Sequence record: SRR2962707_2131
Strand: one strand, 5' to 3'
Length of the DNA stretch: 44,239 bases
Shown here: positions 22,608 through 31,836 of the stretch, piece after piece
Layout: each line of letters starts with the position of its first letter
Numbering within the stretch: position 1 is the first letter of the stretch
The notes under the pieces: generated by a model
Told to the model about the DNA's origin: nothing
Databases searched by the model: none
Seen by the model: the letters and a program-made list of their open reading frames with translations, nothing else
Made by a program: the position numbers and the translations under genes

Positions 22608-24737
22608 ATGCCCAACACCCCGGACTCATCCCAGCCTGCTTCGGATATCGATCCGAAACGACTGGCCCTGGTCGCCACCGCCAGCCGTAACATGGCACTG
22701 ATACTGGATGCCGGCGGCTGCATCGAATGGGTCAACCAGGCGTTCGAGAAGCATACTGGCTACTCGCTGAGTGCAGTACGTGGAAAGCTGCCCAGCCAGG
22801 TTCTGGCCGGGCCGGACACAGATCCTGATACCGTAAGCCGGATATACCGCCACCTGTTCCGGGGCGAGGCTTTTGAAGAAGACATCCTGCACTATACCGC
22901 CAGCGGCGAACCCTACTGGGTACACACCTACTGCACACCGGTGGATGGCGAGGACGGCGTTGAACCCGGCTTCGTGGTGATCCAGACCAACATCTCTGAC
23001 CGGAAGAACAGTGAACGAGGCCTCCGCATCGCTGCCAGCGTCTTTGATCGCAGCCACGAGGCGATTGTCATCACCGATCACCTTAACCACATTATCGATG
23101 TAAACCCTGCGTTTTCACGGATTACCGGCTACAGCCGTCAGGAAGTACTCGGCCTCAACCCTTCCATTCTGAGTTCTGGCCGCCACTCCCGGGAATACTA
23201 CCGTTCCATGTGGCAGTCCATCGAAAAAACCGATCACTGGCGCGGAGAGGTGTGGAATCGCCGCAAAAACGGTGAGGAATATGTGGAACTGCTATCCATC
23301 AGCCGGGTGCACCTGGATGAACCCGGCAAACACTATTATGTGGCGGCGTTCTCCGATATCACTGCCCTGAAGAATCACGCCAAAGAGCTCGACCGGGCCG
23401 CGAATTACGACGACCTCACCGGCCTGCCCAACCGCCAGCTTCTGGAAGAGCGGTTGCGATCCGCCAGGGCGCACGCGGACCGGCAGAAACGCTCACTCGC
23501 CATCTGCTATCTTGACCTGGACGGATTCAAGGGCATCAACGATGAACTCGGCCACGATTTCGGCGACGAGGCCCTCCGCATGGTGGCGGAACGGCTCACC
23601 CGAAGTCTCCGCAGCGGAGATACCGTCGCCCGAATCGGCGGCGATGAATTTGTTCTGCTGATTCAGAGCGATCATTCAGAGCCGCTGTATCAGCGTATCC
23701 TGACCTCAGTCAGTGAGCCTTTCGACATGGCGGGTAAAGAGGTAAATCTGACCGCCAGCCTCGGCGTCACCCTGTACCCGGAGGATGATACCGACGCCGA
23801 AGGCCTGATCCGCCATGCCGACCAGGCCATGTATGCTGCCAAAGAGAAAGGCCGCAACCAGTTTCATATTTTCGATCCAGGCCAATATGCCTTCCGCAAG
23901 GAACGTCGGAACCTGCTGATGGAGATTTCCCGGGCCCTGGAGAACGAGGAATTCGAACTCTACTTCCAGCCACAACTGCGCATGGCCGACTGCCAGGTGA
24001 TTGCCTTCGAGGCCCTGATTCGCTGGAACCACCCCGAAAAAGGACTGATTACCCCCGGTGCCTTTCTTCCGGCGGTGGCCAACAGTCACCTGGAGATCCC
24101 CCTGGGCCAATGGGTGCTGAAAGAGGCGATTCACCAGATGAACCGATGGCGGGAAGCCGGCGAAGCCCTGGCTGTCAGCATCAATATCAGCGCGCCCCAC
24201 CTGATGGACCGGAAGTTTGCGGACTACCTGGAAGGCTATCTGCAAAGTCATCCGGAAGTGAGCCCCGGGCAAATCACCCTGGAAGTGCTGGAATCCACGG
24301 CGCTGGAAGACACCAAACGCGCCAGCAATGTGCTGGCGCGCTGCCAGTCTCTGGGGCTGCAGGTGGCGCTGGACGACTTTGGCACCGGATTTTCCTCGTT
24401 GACCTACCTGCGCACCCTGCCCGTGGATGTCATCAAGATTGACAAGAGTTTCGTCCGCAACATGCTTACCGACGCCAATGACCGTGCCATCGTCGAAAGC
24501 GTCATTTTCCTCGCACAGCGTTTTGACCACCCCGTACTGGCCGAAGGGGTGGAAACGCTGGAGCACGCCATCGCACTGCGGGACATGGGCTGCAACCTGG
24601 TTCAGGGCTATGGCATCGCCCGGCCCATGCCGTCAGCCGAAGTACTGGGCTGGCTGGACAACTGGCGTCGGAGAATCCACTCCAGCAGGGACATTCGTGA
24701 ACTGCAGACCGTTTCCGAGCAGGGTGACGGTATCTGA
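22608..24737 (+). CDS. PAS-PAS-GGDEF-EAL diguanylate cyclase/phosphodiesterase
   Basis: Two PAS/PAC repeats; DDLTGLPNR, RSGD I-site, GGDEF; FEALIRW, DDFGTGFSSL, EGVET. Confidence 0.95.
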   Translation: MPNTPDSSQPASDIDPKRLALVATASRNMALILDAGGCIEWVNQAFEKHTGYSLSAVRGKLPSQVLAGPDTDPDTVSRIYRHLFRGEAFEEDILHYTASGEPYWVHTYCTPVDGEDGVEPGFVVIQTNISDRKNSERGLRIAASVFDRSHEAIVITDHLNHIIDVNPAFSRITGYSRQEVLGLNPSILSSGRHSREYYRSMWQSIEKTDHWRGEVWNRRKNGEEYVELLSISRVHLDEPGKHYYVAAFSDITALKNHAKELDRAANYDDLTGLPNRQLLEERLRSARAHADRQKRSLAICYLDLDGFKGINDELGHDFGDEALRMVAERLTRSLRSGDTVARIGGDEFVLLIQSDHSEPLYQRILTSVSEPFDMAGKEVNLTASLGVTLYPEDDTDAEGLIRHADQAMYAAKEKGRNQFHIFDPGQYAFRKERRNLLMEISRALENEEFELYFQPQLRMADCQVIAFEALIRWNHPEKGLITPGAFLPAVANSHLEIPLGQWVLKEAIHQMNRWREAGEALAVSINISAPHLMDRKFADYLEGYLQSHPEVSPGQITLEVLESTALEDTKRASNVLARCQSLGLQVALDDFGTGFSSLTYLRTLPVDVIKIDKSFVRNMLTDANDRAIVESVIFLAQRFDHPVLAEGVETLEHAIALRDMGCNLVQGYGIARPMPSAEVLGWLDNWRRRIHSSRDIRELQTVSEQGDGI

Positions 24738-24745
24738 AAAGGGCC

Positions 24746-25405
24746 TTAACGGTACCGGCTCTGGTCCAGCGTACTGAGCCGGTCCGGATGGAAAACCATC
24801 AGGCCAGTGACAAAGGTGCCGTTGATGAAGCCCTCCGGAATCATGAACAGCGGCAGATACCTCAGATACTCATGCACCAGTTCATCAAAACTGTAGGTAC
24901 CGCTGCTCCACAGCATCAGGCACATCACCATACCGGCCGCGGCTACCGACAGACCGGCCCCGAAAAAACCACAGAAGAAGATATAAGCGAAGAAGTTACG
25001 GAAATTGCGCCGCCGTTCCCACAACATGATGCCATGGCTGACCAGTGCCGGGACCATCACCGTAATCAGACCGTTGGCGGCAAACATCAGTAACGGCTCT
25101 CGCCCGGTGATGACGGTGATCACCAGGGCAAGCAGGCCCGCCAGCACGGCCAGAGCCCAACCCAGCATCAGGGTAATCACCGTGATGCCAAAGATGTGAA
25201 TCGCCAATCCTGGTGAGATACCTGCCCGCAACTGCCAGACAAAACCCAGAATCACCGCAGCGCCAAAAAACGAATGCTGCAGGGCGTTATCCTTGCGCAA
25301 GGCGGACCAGTCGACAGAACGCACCGCGTTCAACAGGATCACCGCAAACAGCACGGCGGTGATCAGCCATTGACTGGTGGAGAGCAGGTTGTCGGTCATT
25401 CCCAT
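24746..25405 (-). CDS. ECF-type S-component-like membrane protein (CbiM-related)
   Basis: Hydrophobic 219 aa; WQLRAGISPGLAIHIFG, NFFAYIFFCGFFG, LPLFMIPEGFING. Confidence 0.7.
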   Translation of the reverse strand: MGMTDNLLSTSQWLITAVLFAVILLNAVRSVDWSALRKDNALQHSFFGAAVILGFVWQLRAGISPGLAIHIFGITVITLMLGWALAVLAGLLALVITVITGREPLLMFAANGLITVMVPALVSHGIMLWERRRNFRNFFAYIFFCGFFGAGLSVAAAGMVMCLMLWSSGTYSFDELVHEYLRYLPLFMIPEGFINGTFVTGLMVFHPDRLSTLDQSRYR

Positions 25406-25493
25406 GGCGTTTTACCAGTGCGGGTGCGATTGGAAATACGGGGCAGTGTCTACACATACCCCATACACCGTCAATGGGATCACACCGTTCAGG

Positions 25494-27218
25494 TCAAGCC
25501 GCCAACGCCGCCCGGTCCGTGAGCGCCTGCCAGGCTTCATAAGTGCTCAGGAAGATGCGTCCGCTCAGGTGTTCCAGCAACTCCGTGCCTTTGAGCCGGT
25601 CCATGACCGGGCCCTTGATTTCCGAGAAATGCAGACGCACCCCGGCATCGCGCAGCCGTTCGTTAATCGCTTCCAGGCTTTCCAGGGCTGAGGCGTCAAT
25701 CAGGTTCACCGCCGGACACACCAGCACCAGATCGGTCAGCTCAGGCTCCCGGGTAACCAGATCCATCACGGTTTCTTCAAGGAAACGGGCATTGGCGAAA
25801 TACAGGCTTTCGTCCACCCGCAGGAAGGTAACTTTGGGACAGAGTTCCACCTCATGGCGCAGCACGTTGCGGAAATGCTCGGTGCCCGGCACACGGCCCA
25901 CCACGGCGCTGTGGGGGCGACTGGTGCGGTACAGGAACAGGCCGATCGATAGCGCCACCCCGGCAATGATACCGGCTTCGACACTGTGACCGAGGGTAAG
26001 CAGGATGGTCGCCAGCATGGCCCCGAAATCGGTACGGGAATAACGGAAAGTGCGGCCTAGTGCCGGCAGATCAATCAGGGTGATCACCGCCACAATAATG
26101 GTCGCCGCCAGCGTCGCCTGGGGCAGCCAGGCTATGGCCGGAGTGAGGAACAGAGTGGCAAGGGCGATGCCCACCGCCGTGTAAGCGCCAGCCGCCGGTG
26201 TTTCTGCGCCGGCATCGAAGTTCACCACCGAACGGGAAAAGCCACCGGTAACCGGCATACCGCCCGACAGGCCGGACCCCAGGTTGGCGGTACCCAGACC
26301 AATCAGCTCCTGGTCCGGGTCAATGCGCTGGCGCCGTTTGGCCGCCAGGGTCTGACCCACGGAAACCGATTCCACGAAACCCACTACACTGATCAGCAAG
26401 GCGCTGACCGCCAGTTGGGACCACAGGCCAATATCCAGACTGGGCATGGTGAAGGTAGGCAATCCTGACGGTACCTCACCGACCAGTCGCACCCCCTGCT
26501 CATCAAGCCGCAATACCCAGGCAACCAGAGTCGTGATCAGCACCGCCAGAATGGGCGCGGTCTTGGTCAGGATGTCGGCCGCCCGGGGCGCCAGGCCAAA
26601 TCGATGCAGTACCGGTTTAAGGTACCGGCGAGACCACAGCAGAAACAGCAGGGCACCGACCCCGATCAACAGCGTGGGTAAGTTGGTATTGCCCAGGGAA
26701 ACCAGTAACGAATGACCAATCTCCAACAGGTTGTGGCCATTGGCCTGGATACCGAACAGGTGCTTGAGCTGGCTGGCGGCAATGACAATGCCCGAGGCGG
26801 TAATAAACCCGGATATCACCGGATGGCTCAGGAAATTGGCCAGGAATCCCAGCCGCAGCACCCCCATCAGGGTGAGCATCAGGCCAGACATCACCGCCAG
26901 CAAAATAGCTCCGGCCAGATACTCAGCAGTGCCCGCCTCGGCCAGTGGCGCCAAAGCAGCCGCCGTCATCAGCGAGGCCACCGCCACCGGGCCAACAGAG
27001 AGGGTGCGACTGGTTCCGAATACCGCATAGATCACCAGTGGCAGGATGCTGGCGTACAACCCGACCTGCGCCGGGAGGCCTGCCAGCAGAGCGTAGGCCA
27101 GGGACTGCGGAATGAGCATAACGGTGACAATAACCGCAGCCACCAGATCACTGGTGGCCTGGTCACGACCGTAGGATGGCGCCCATTGCAGAATGGGCAG
27201 ATAGCGTTTCAGATTCAT
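25494..27218 (-). CDS. sulP: SulP family anion transporter with STAS domain
   Basis: IPQSLAYALLAGLP, GPVAVASL, PVTGGFSRSVVN; STAS motifs RVDESLYFANA and NLIDASA. Confidence 0.95.
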   Translation of the reverse strand: MNLKRYLPILQWAPSYGRDQATSDLVAAVIVTVMLIPQSLAYALLAGLPAQVGLYASILPLVIYAVFGTSRTLSVGPVAVASLMTAAALAPLAEAGTAEYLAGAILLAVMSGLMLTLMGVLRLGFLANFLSHPVISGFITASGIVIAASQLKHLFGIQANGHNLLEIGHSLLVSLGNTNLPTLLIGVGALLFLLWSRRYLKPVLHRFGLAPRAADILTKTAPILAVLITTLVAWVLRLDEQGVRLVGEVPSGLPTFTMPSLDIGLWSQLAVSALLISVVGFVESVSVGQTLAAKRRQRIDPDQELIGLGTANLGSGLSGGMPVTGGFSRSVVNFDAGAETPAAGAYTAVGIALATLFLTPAIAWLPQATLAATIIVAVITLIDLPALGRTFRYSRTDFGAMLATILLTLGHSVEAGIIAGVALSIGLFLYRTSRPHSAVVGRVPGTEHFRNVLRHEVELCPKVTFLRVDESLYFANARFLEETVMDLVTREPELTDLVLVCPAVNLIDASALESLEAINERLRDAGVRLHFSEIKGPVMDRLKGTELLEHLSGRIFLSTYEAWQALTDRAALAA

Positions 27219-27225
27219 GCGCGGC

Positions 27226-28092
27226 TCAGAACAGGTTGACCGGTACCTTCAGGTACACCTGGCCGTTGTCTTCTGCAGGCGGCATATGGCCCGCCCGCAT
27301 ATTCACCTGCACCGACGGCAGGATAAGTCTCGGCATATCCAGCGTTGCGTCCCGCTCGGTGCGCATCTTCACGAACTCCTCTTCCGACACACCATCGTGC
27401 ACGTGCACATTGGCCCGGCGCTGCTCGGCCACGGTGGTCATGTGCTGGTATTCATCACGGTCAGGAGCCTTGTAATCATGGCACAGGAAGATTCGAGTCT
27501 CCGGCGGCAACGCCAGAACTTTCTGGATGGACTGATAGAGAACCCGGGCATCTCCGCCCGGAAAATCACAGCGGGCCGTGCCGTAATCCGGCATAAACAG
27601 GGTATCGCCCACAAAGGCGGCGTCGCCAATCACATAGGTGAGGCAGGCCGGTGTATGGCCGGGCGTATGCAGCACACGGCCTTCGAGGCTGCCGATCGCA
27701 AAGGTGTCGCCTTCCTCAAAAAGCCGGTCAAACTGACTGCCATCGCGGGCAAACTCGGTACCTGCGTTAAAGGCCTTACCGAAAATGTCCTGTACCTGAA
27801 TGATTTTTGCCCCGATACCGGTTTTACCTCCGAGCTTTTCATGCAGGTAGGGAGCTGCTGACAGGTGATCCGCATGTACGTGGGTTTCCAGAATCCATTC
27901 CACGGTCAGATCGTTCGCCTGGATGTACTGAATGATCTCTTCGGCCGAGCGCACATCGGTGCGGCCAGCGGCGTAATCGAAATCCAGCACCGAATCCAGA
28001 ATCGCACAAGCCTGGCTGTCGGGATCGCGCACTACATAACTGAAGGTGTTAGTGGGTTCGTCGAAAAAATGCTGAACGATGGGCTGAGTCAT
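27226..28092 (-). CDS. MBL-fold persulfide dioxygenase (ETHE1/SdoA/Blh-like)
   Basis: Start reassigned to MTQPIVQHFFD. ILETHVHADHLS, HTPGHTPAC, GDTLFMPDYGTARCDFPGG, CHDY, RDATLDMPRLILPSVQVN. Confidence 0.9.
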   Translation of the reverse strand: MTQPIVQHFFDEPTNTFSYVVRDPDSQACAILDSVLDFDYAAGRTDVRSAEEIIQYIQANDLTVEWILETHVHADHLSAAPYLHEKLGGKTGIGAKIIQVQDIFGKAFNAGTEFARDGSQFDRLFEEGDTFAIGSLEGRVLHTPGHTPACLTYVIGDAAFVGDTLFMPDYGTARCDFPGGDARVLYQSIQKVLALPPETRIFLCHDYKAPDRDEYQHMTTVAEQRRANVHVHDGVSEEEFVKMRTERDATLDMPRLILPSVQVNMRAGHMPPAEDNGQVYLKVPVNLF

Positions 28093-28174
28093 GGTGTTCA
28101 CCTTTGAAGTCGCCAGTTCTTTAATTTGATCTAAGGATATACTGAAACGATATATAAGGTGAAATTCTGTTTTC

Positions 28175-29689
28175 TTATATGCGCGATAATCCCGCTGCAT
28201 CGACCAGGCAATCCCGGCCACCTTCCTTGGCCTGGTAAAGCCGATAATCTGCCCTGGCAATCATTGCCTCCGGGGTGGCCGGCTCGTCGGTCAGCTCCGA
28301 CACACACACCGCCCCGGCACTGACCGTAATGCTTAATTCCTTGCCGTCGACCGACCATTCCTCCTCCCTTACTGCTTCCATGATTCGCATCACCAGGGTT
28401 TGCACATCCCTCTCGGTTACCCCGGTAAAAACCACCAGAAATTCCTCACCCCCGAAGCGGGACACCACATCGGTGGTTCTGGTATGGGCGAGCAGGAGGT
28501 CGGTAAATCGCATCAATACCTGATCGCCTGCCAGGTGGCCCAGGTTGTCGTTTATCCGTTTGAAGTGATCAATATCGAACATGGCGAGGCAGAAACGGTC
28601 ACCATGGCGATTGCTGCCAGCGAGGATCTCGTCCAGCCGGGGCATCAGGTAACGACGGTTATGCAGTCCAGTCAGCGGATCACGAATCGACTGGTTAAGC
28701 AGGTCCTCTTCCAGCCGGTTGCGTTCCAGCGCACCGGACAACAGGCCAGAGACAATAATCAACAGATCCGCCATATCCCGCCGCCAACTCCGCCGGGATA
28801 ACGAATCCACACCAAAGAAGCCCATCACCTGGCCACGGATCCGGACAGGGACGCAGAACATGGAACTGACACCCTGCTGCTCCAGCAATGCCCGCTCGTT
28901 TGCGGCCTCAGGCGGCAAATCCGCAGTATCCTCAATGAACACCACCTTGCTCTGGGCCTCCATCAGGCGGATCTGTTGCTGCCACCAGCGGAAGTCATCA
29001 ATCGGCACCGCCTGCTGATCCACCATCAACGATGGCACGCCCGGGGCACACCATTCGTGGGTATTGGTCATGGTGGCAAAGTCCGGCGAAAAGGCATAGA
29101 CGTAGGCGCGATCAACGCTGAAGAAGTCTCCGATGGATCTGAGCAACTCATCAATGCAATCATCGATGGAGCCAAATCCGAGATGAATGAACTCACTGGA
29201 AAGCCGGGCAATCAGCTTCTGGAAACCCGCCTGGAACGAGAATTCCGCTTCACTATCCCGAAGATGCTGCTCCAGCTCCTTGTAGTGCTGGATGTTGTGG
29301 AACTGGCCATACCAGAGGGTGCTGCCGTCCGGTTGCCGCTCCGGTACTGAATGGGCTTCGTACCATTGGTACTCCCCATTCTTCATCTTCAACCGGGCGC
29401 GGTAACACCAGGGTTGCAGCGTTCGCACCGAGAGCAGGATGCTTTCACCAACGCCAGCCGCATCGTCAGGATGAATGACCCGGAAAACCGAATCGGCATT
29501 TTCCCGGAGCTTTTGCGGCTCGACGCCGAACAGTTCTTTTACCTGGTCGCTGACGTAGGGATAGCGGTGTGACTGGTGATCGGCACTGAGCCAATAGGTA
29601 AACAGCACGCCCGGCACGCCAGATGCCAGCTTCTGAAAAAACCTGGCCGACAGGCTCTCTGGCTGCTCATCGTCGGGCTGGCTTGCCAT
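28175..29689 (-). CDS. PAS-GAF-GGDEF diguanylate cyclase
   Basis: PAS (IHPDD), GAF (THEWCAPGV, GFFGVD), RDPLTGLHNRR, RTTD I-site, GGEEF. Confidence 0.93.
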   Translation of the reverse strand: MASQPDDEQPESLSARFFQKLASGVPGVLFTYWLSADHQSHRYPYVSDQVKELFGVEPQKLRENADSVFRVIHPDDAAGVGESILLSVRTLQPWCYRARLKMKNGEYQWYEAHSVPERQPDGSTLWYGQFHNIQHYKELEQHLRDSEAEFSFQAGFQKLIARLSSEFIHLGFGSIDDCIDELLRSIGDFFSVDRAYVYAFSPDFATMTNTHEWCAPGVPSLMVDQQAVPIDDFRWWQQQIRLMEAQSKVVFIEDTADLPPEAANERALLEQQGVSSMFCVPVRIRGQVMGFFGVDSLSRRSWRRDMADLLIIVSGLLSGALERNRLEEDLLNQSIRDPLTGLHNRRYLMPRLDEILAGSNRHGDRFCLAMFDIDHFKRINDNLGHLAGDQVLMRFTDLLLAHTRTTDVVSRFGGEEFLVVFTGVTERDVQTLVMRIMEAVREEEWSVDGKELSITVSAGAVCVSELTDEPATPEAMIARADYRLYQAKEGGRDCLVDAAGLSRI

Positions 29690-29766
29690 AAATGGCCGGT
29701 CTCCCTGCTATTGTCTACACTGGTTTTTTTAGTGTAGTCCAGCCCGACAGTCGCGGCGAATGCGCT

Positions 29767-30387
29767 TCAAAGGCTATCCAGGCGGGCCTTTGCTTCCGCC
29801 CGACGGCCGGCATCCGCCACTTCCCGACCAGGTCTCGACGGGGCTGCCAACACTTTTTCAAGATAGACCCGGGCCCGTTGAGGCTCGTCCTGCTCCGCCA
29901 GAAAATCTCCAAAGAAGTAATTGGCATCAATACCTTCCGGGTTGATTGCCAGCGATTTCTGCAGGTACTTCCGGGCCATCTCATCATCCCCGAACCCCAA
30001 CGGCCAGCCCGGCACCTGATAATACAGGCTACCCAGCGAGGTATAGGCTGAGCCATCCAGCGCCTCCGGAGCGATCTTCAGGGCCGCTTCCAGGGAGGCG
30101 CGGGCCTCTTTCACCAGCCCCAGCGCACCCAGGCCGCCTTTGGCACCTGCGTAGGTGCTGAGCACAATACCCTGCCAGATCAGCGGTTCGGCACGGCCCG
30201 GATAATCAGCGACAAAGGTCTCGGCCTCTTTGGCCAGTGCCTCAAATGCCTTTTCCTTATCATCGTCTGGCAACTGATACTGGATCTGCGCCCAGCGTTG
30301 CTGGATTTGGGCCAGTTCCGCCTGCATGTCCTGAGCCCACAGGGGCATGGCCATGACCCCCGCCAACACCATTACGATCCACTTCAT
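29767..30387 (-). CDS. Exported TPR-repeat protein
   Basis: Signal peptide MKWIVMVLAGVMAMPLWA; TPR-like helices; AYTSLGSLYYQVPGWPLGFGD. Confidence 0.85.
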   Translation of the reverse strand: MKWIVMVLAGVMAMPLWAQDMQAELAQIQQRWAQIQYQLPDDDKEKAFEALAKEAETFVADYPGRAEPLIWQGIVLSTYAGAKGGLGALGLVKEARASLEAALKIAPEALDGSAYTSLGSLYYQVPGWPLGFGDDEMARKYLQKSLAINPEGIDANYFFGDFLAEQDEPQRARVYLEKVLAAPSRPGREVADAGRRAEAKARLDSL

Positions 30388-31166
30388 GACACCACTCCTG
30401 AATCCAGAAAGCGCCGGATCACCGGCAGTTGTTTTAACATGGCTTTATCCACAAGCTTCGGCAGGATGCCGTTGATCACCACAAACAGTTTTTCCGGCCA
30501 GCCGAGAAAACGTCGGCGTTCATCTTTTTCCATCGCCTGAAGAATCTGGGCTGCGACAGCTTCCGGTGCGTCCATGGCATTGCCCAGGGCACGGTTCAGC
30601 TCGTTCACCGGCGCCGGGTTCATAGCCGTGGCCGTGGCTCTGGGCGCTACGTACACCACCTGCACCGGGGTGTCCGCCAGCTCCCGACGCAGGGCTTCGC
30701 TGAAGCCGCGCAGGCCGAACTTGCTGGCGCAATAGGCGGTGTAGCCGGGAAACCCGATGCTGCCGAAGGTGGACCCCACCAACACCAGGGCGCCCACGCC
30801 GGCTTTACGGAAACGAGGCACAAAATGCCGGGCCACCAGCATAGCGGAACGCAGATTGACCATAAGCTGTGCATCCAGGTCGCTGACGGCCATGGCATCC
30901 AGCGCCGCAAACCGGTTCTGGCCGGCGCAATGAATTACACCATCAATATCGGGATACACCTCACTCAACTGTTGAAGCTGTCGATCCAGCTCCGGGCTGG
31001 CCAGCTCCAGGTGTACCGGAGAAACGCCGGCGCGCTTTTCCAGCCGCTCCGGATGTCGGGTCGCAACGATCATCCGGGCACCGCATTCCACCAGCGGCCC
31101 GATCAGGGCCTGGCCAATGCCACCGGTACCACCCAGCAGCAGGAAGGTACGGTCATGCAGCCTCAT
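30384..31166 (-). CDS. Short-chain dehydrogenase/reductase
   Basis: Start reassigned to MRLHDRT. Gly-rich GGTGGIG, HCAG, catalytic GS...YCASK. Confidence 0.92.
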   Translation of the reverse strand: MRLHDRTFLLLGGTGGIGQALIGPLVECGARMIVATRHPERLEKRAGVSPVHLELASPELDRQLQQLSEVYPDIDGVIHCAGQNRFAALDAMAVSDLDAQLMVNLRSAMLVARHFVPRFRKAGVGALVLVGSTFGSIGFPGYTAYCASKFGLRGFSEALRRELADTPVQVVYVAPRATATAMNPAPVNELNRALGNAMDAPEAVAAQILQAMEKDERRRFLGWPEKLFVVINGILPKLVDKAMLKQLPVIRRFLDSGVVS

Positions 31167-31836
31167 GACGTTGCTCCTTGCCATGGGCCCGCAGCGGAAT
31201 ACTGTGAAGCATATCGCCGTACAGGCGATACACCATGCGCGCGGCCTCGATGATGGCCTGCTGGTCCTCCGGATCGGTGATGTCGTTCATCAGGTTGCGG
31301 AAGAACTCAAAGTGGTCCTGATCCAGGGCGCCGTGAGAGTACAGATAACTGAACGCCTGATTGGGCAGGCCCAGCTGTTTCTGGATGGCTTCACCCAGGG
31401 GCGTGGCCAGCTCAATGGAGGTGCCCTCCAGCACCTGAACCATGCCAAAAAAAGCCGCCGGGTTACCCCGCTGGATGCGGTCATACAGGTAGGCCACCAT
31501 CAACTCGATGGAGGTATCGGGCTGGCCATGACGAATGGCTTCCTTGTCTTCGCCGCAGGCTTCAAGGTCGTTGAGAATCCACTCGTGGTGGCCGTATTCT
31601 TCCTCGATGTATTCCACCAGTGCCTTGCGCACGAATTCCAGCCGTTCGGGCAGCCGGCCACCACAGGCCATCATCAGTGGCACGGTGTGCTTCACGTGGT
31701 GATAGGCCTGGGTCAGGAACCAGGTGTAACCCTCAAGATCAAAGCGACCCTCGCGGATAGCCTGAATCACCGGGGCTCCGGTGACATGGGCCCGGGCCTG
31801 TTCAGTTTCGGATTGCAGTCGGTCAAAAAATGCCAT
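31153..31836 (-). CDS. Heme-oxygenase-like diiron oxidase (TenA/PqqC/CADD family); internal in-frame start within the fused ORF
   Basis: Own SD (CAGGAG-N8-ATG) before MAFFDRL; candidate ligands EEEYGH, VLEG and HGALDQDH (H-x3-D-x2-H). Confidence 0.75.
   Translation of the reverse strand: MAFFDRLQSETEQARAHVTGAPVIQAIREGRFDLEGYTWFLTQAYHHVKHTVPLMMACGGRLPERLEFVRKALVEYIEEEYGHHEWILNDLEACGEDKEAIRHGQPDTSIELMVAYLYDRIQRGNPAAFFGMVQVLEGTSIELATPLGEAIQKQLGLPNQAFSYLYSHGALDQDHFEFFRNLMNDITDPEDQQAIIEAARMVYRLYGDMLHSIPLRAHGKEQRHEAA

Noticed and set aside
25406-25493. Cobalamin riboswitch upstream of the ECF-like gene (also checked upstream of cobS)
   Set aside because: Both intergenic regions are too short and lack a B12 box.
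28126-28139. FNR box upstream of the dioxygenase (TTGAT-CTAA-GGATA)
   Set aside because: Only one half-site matches.
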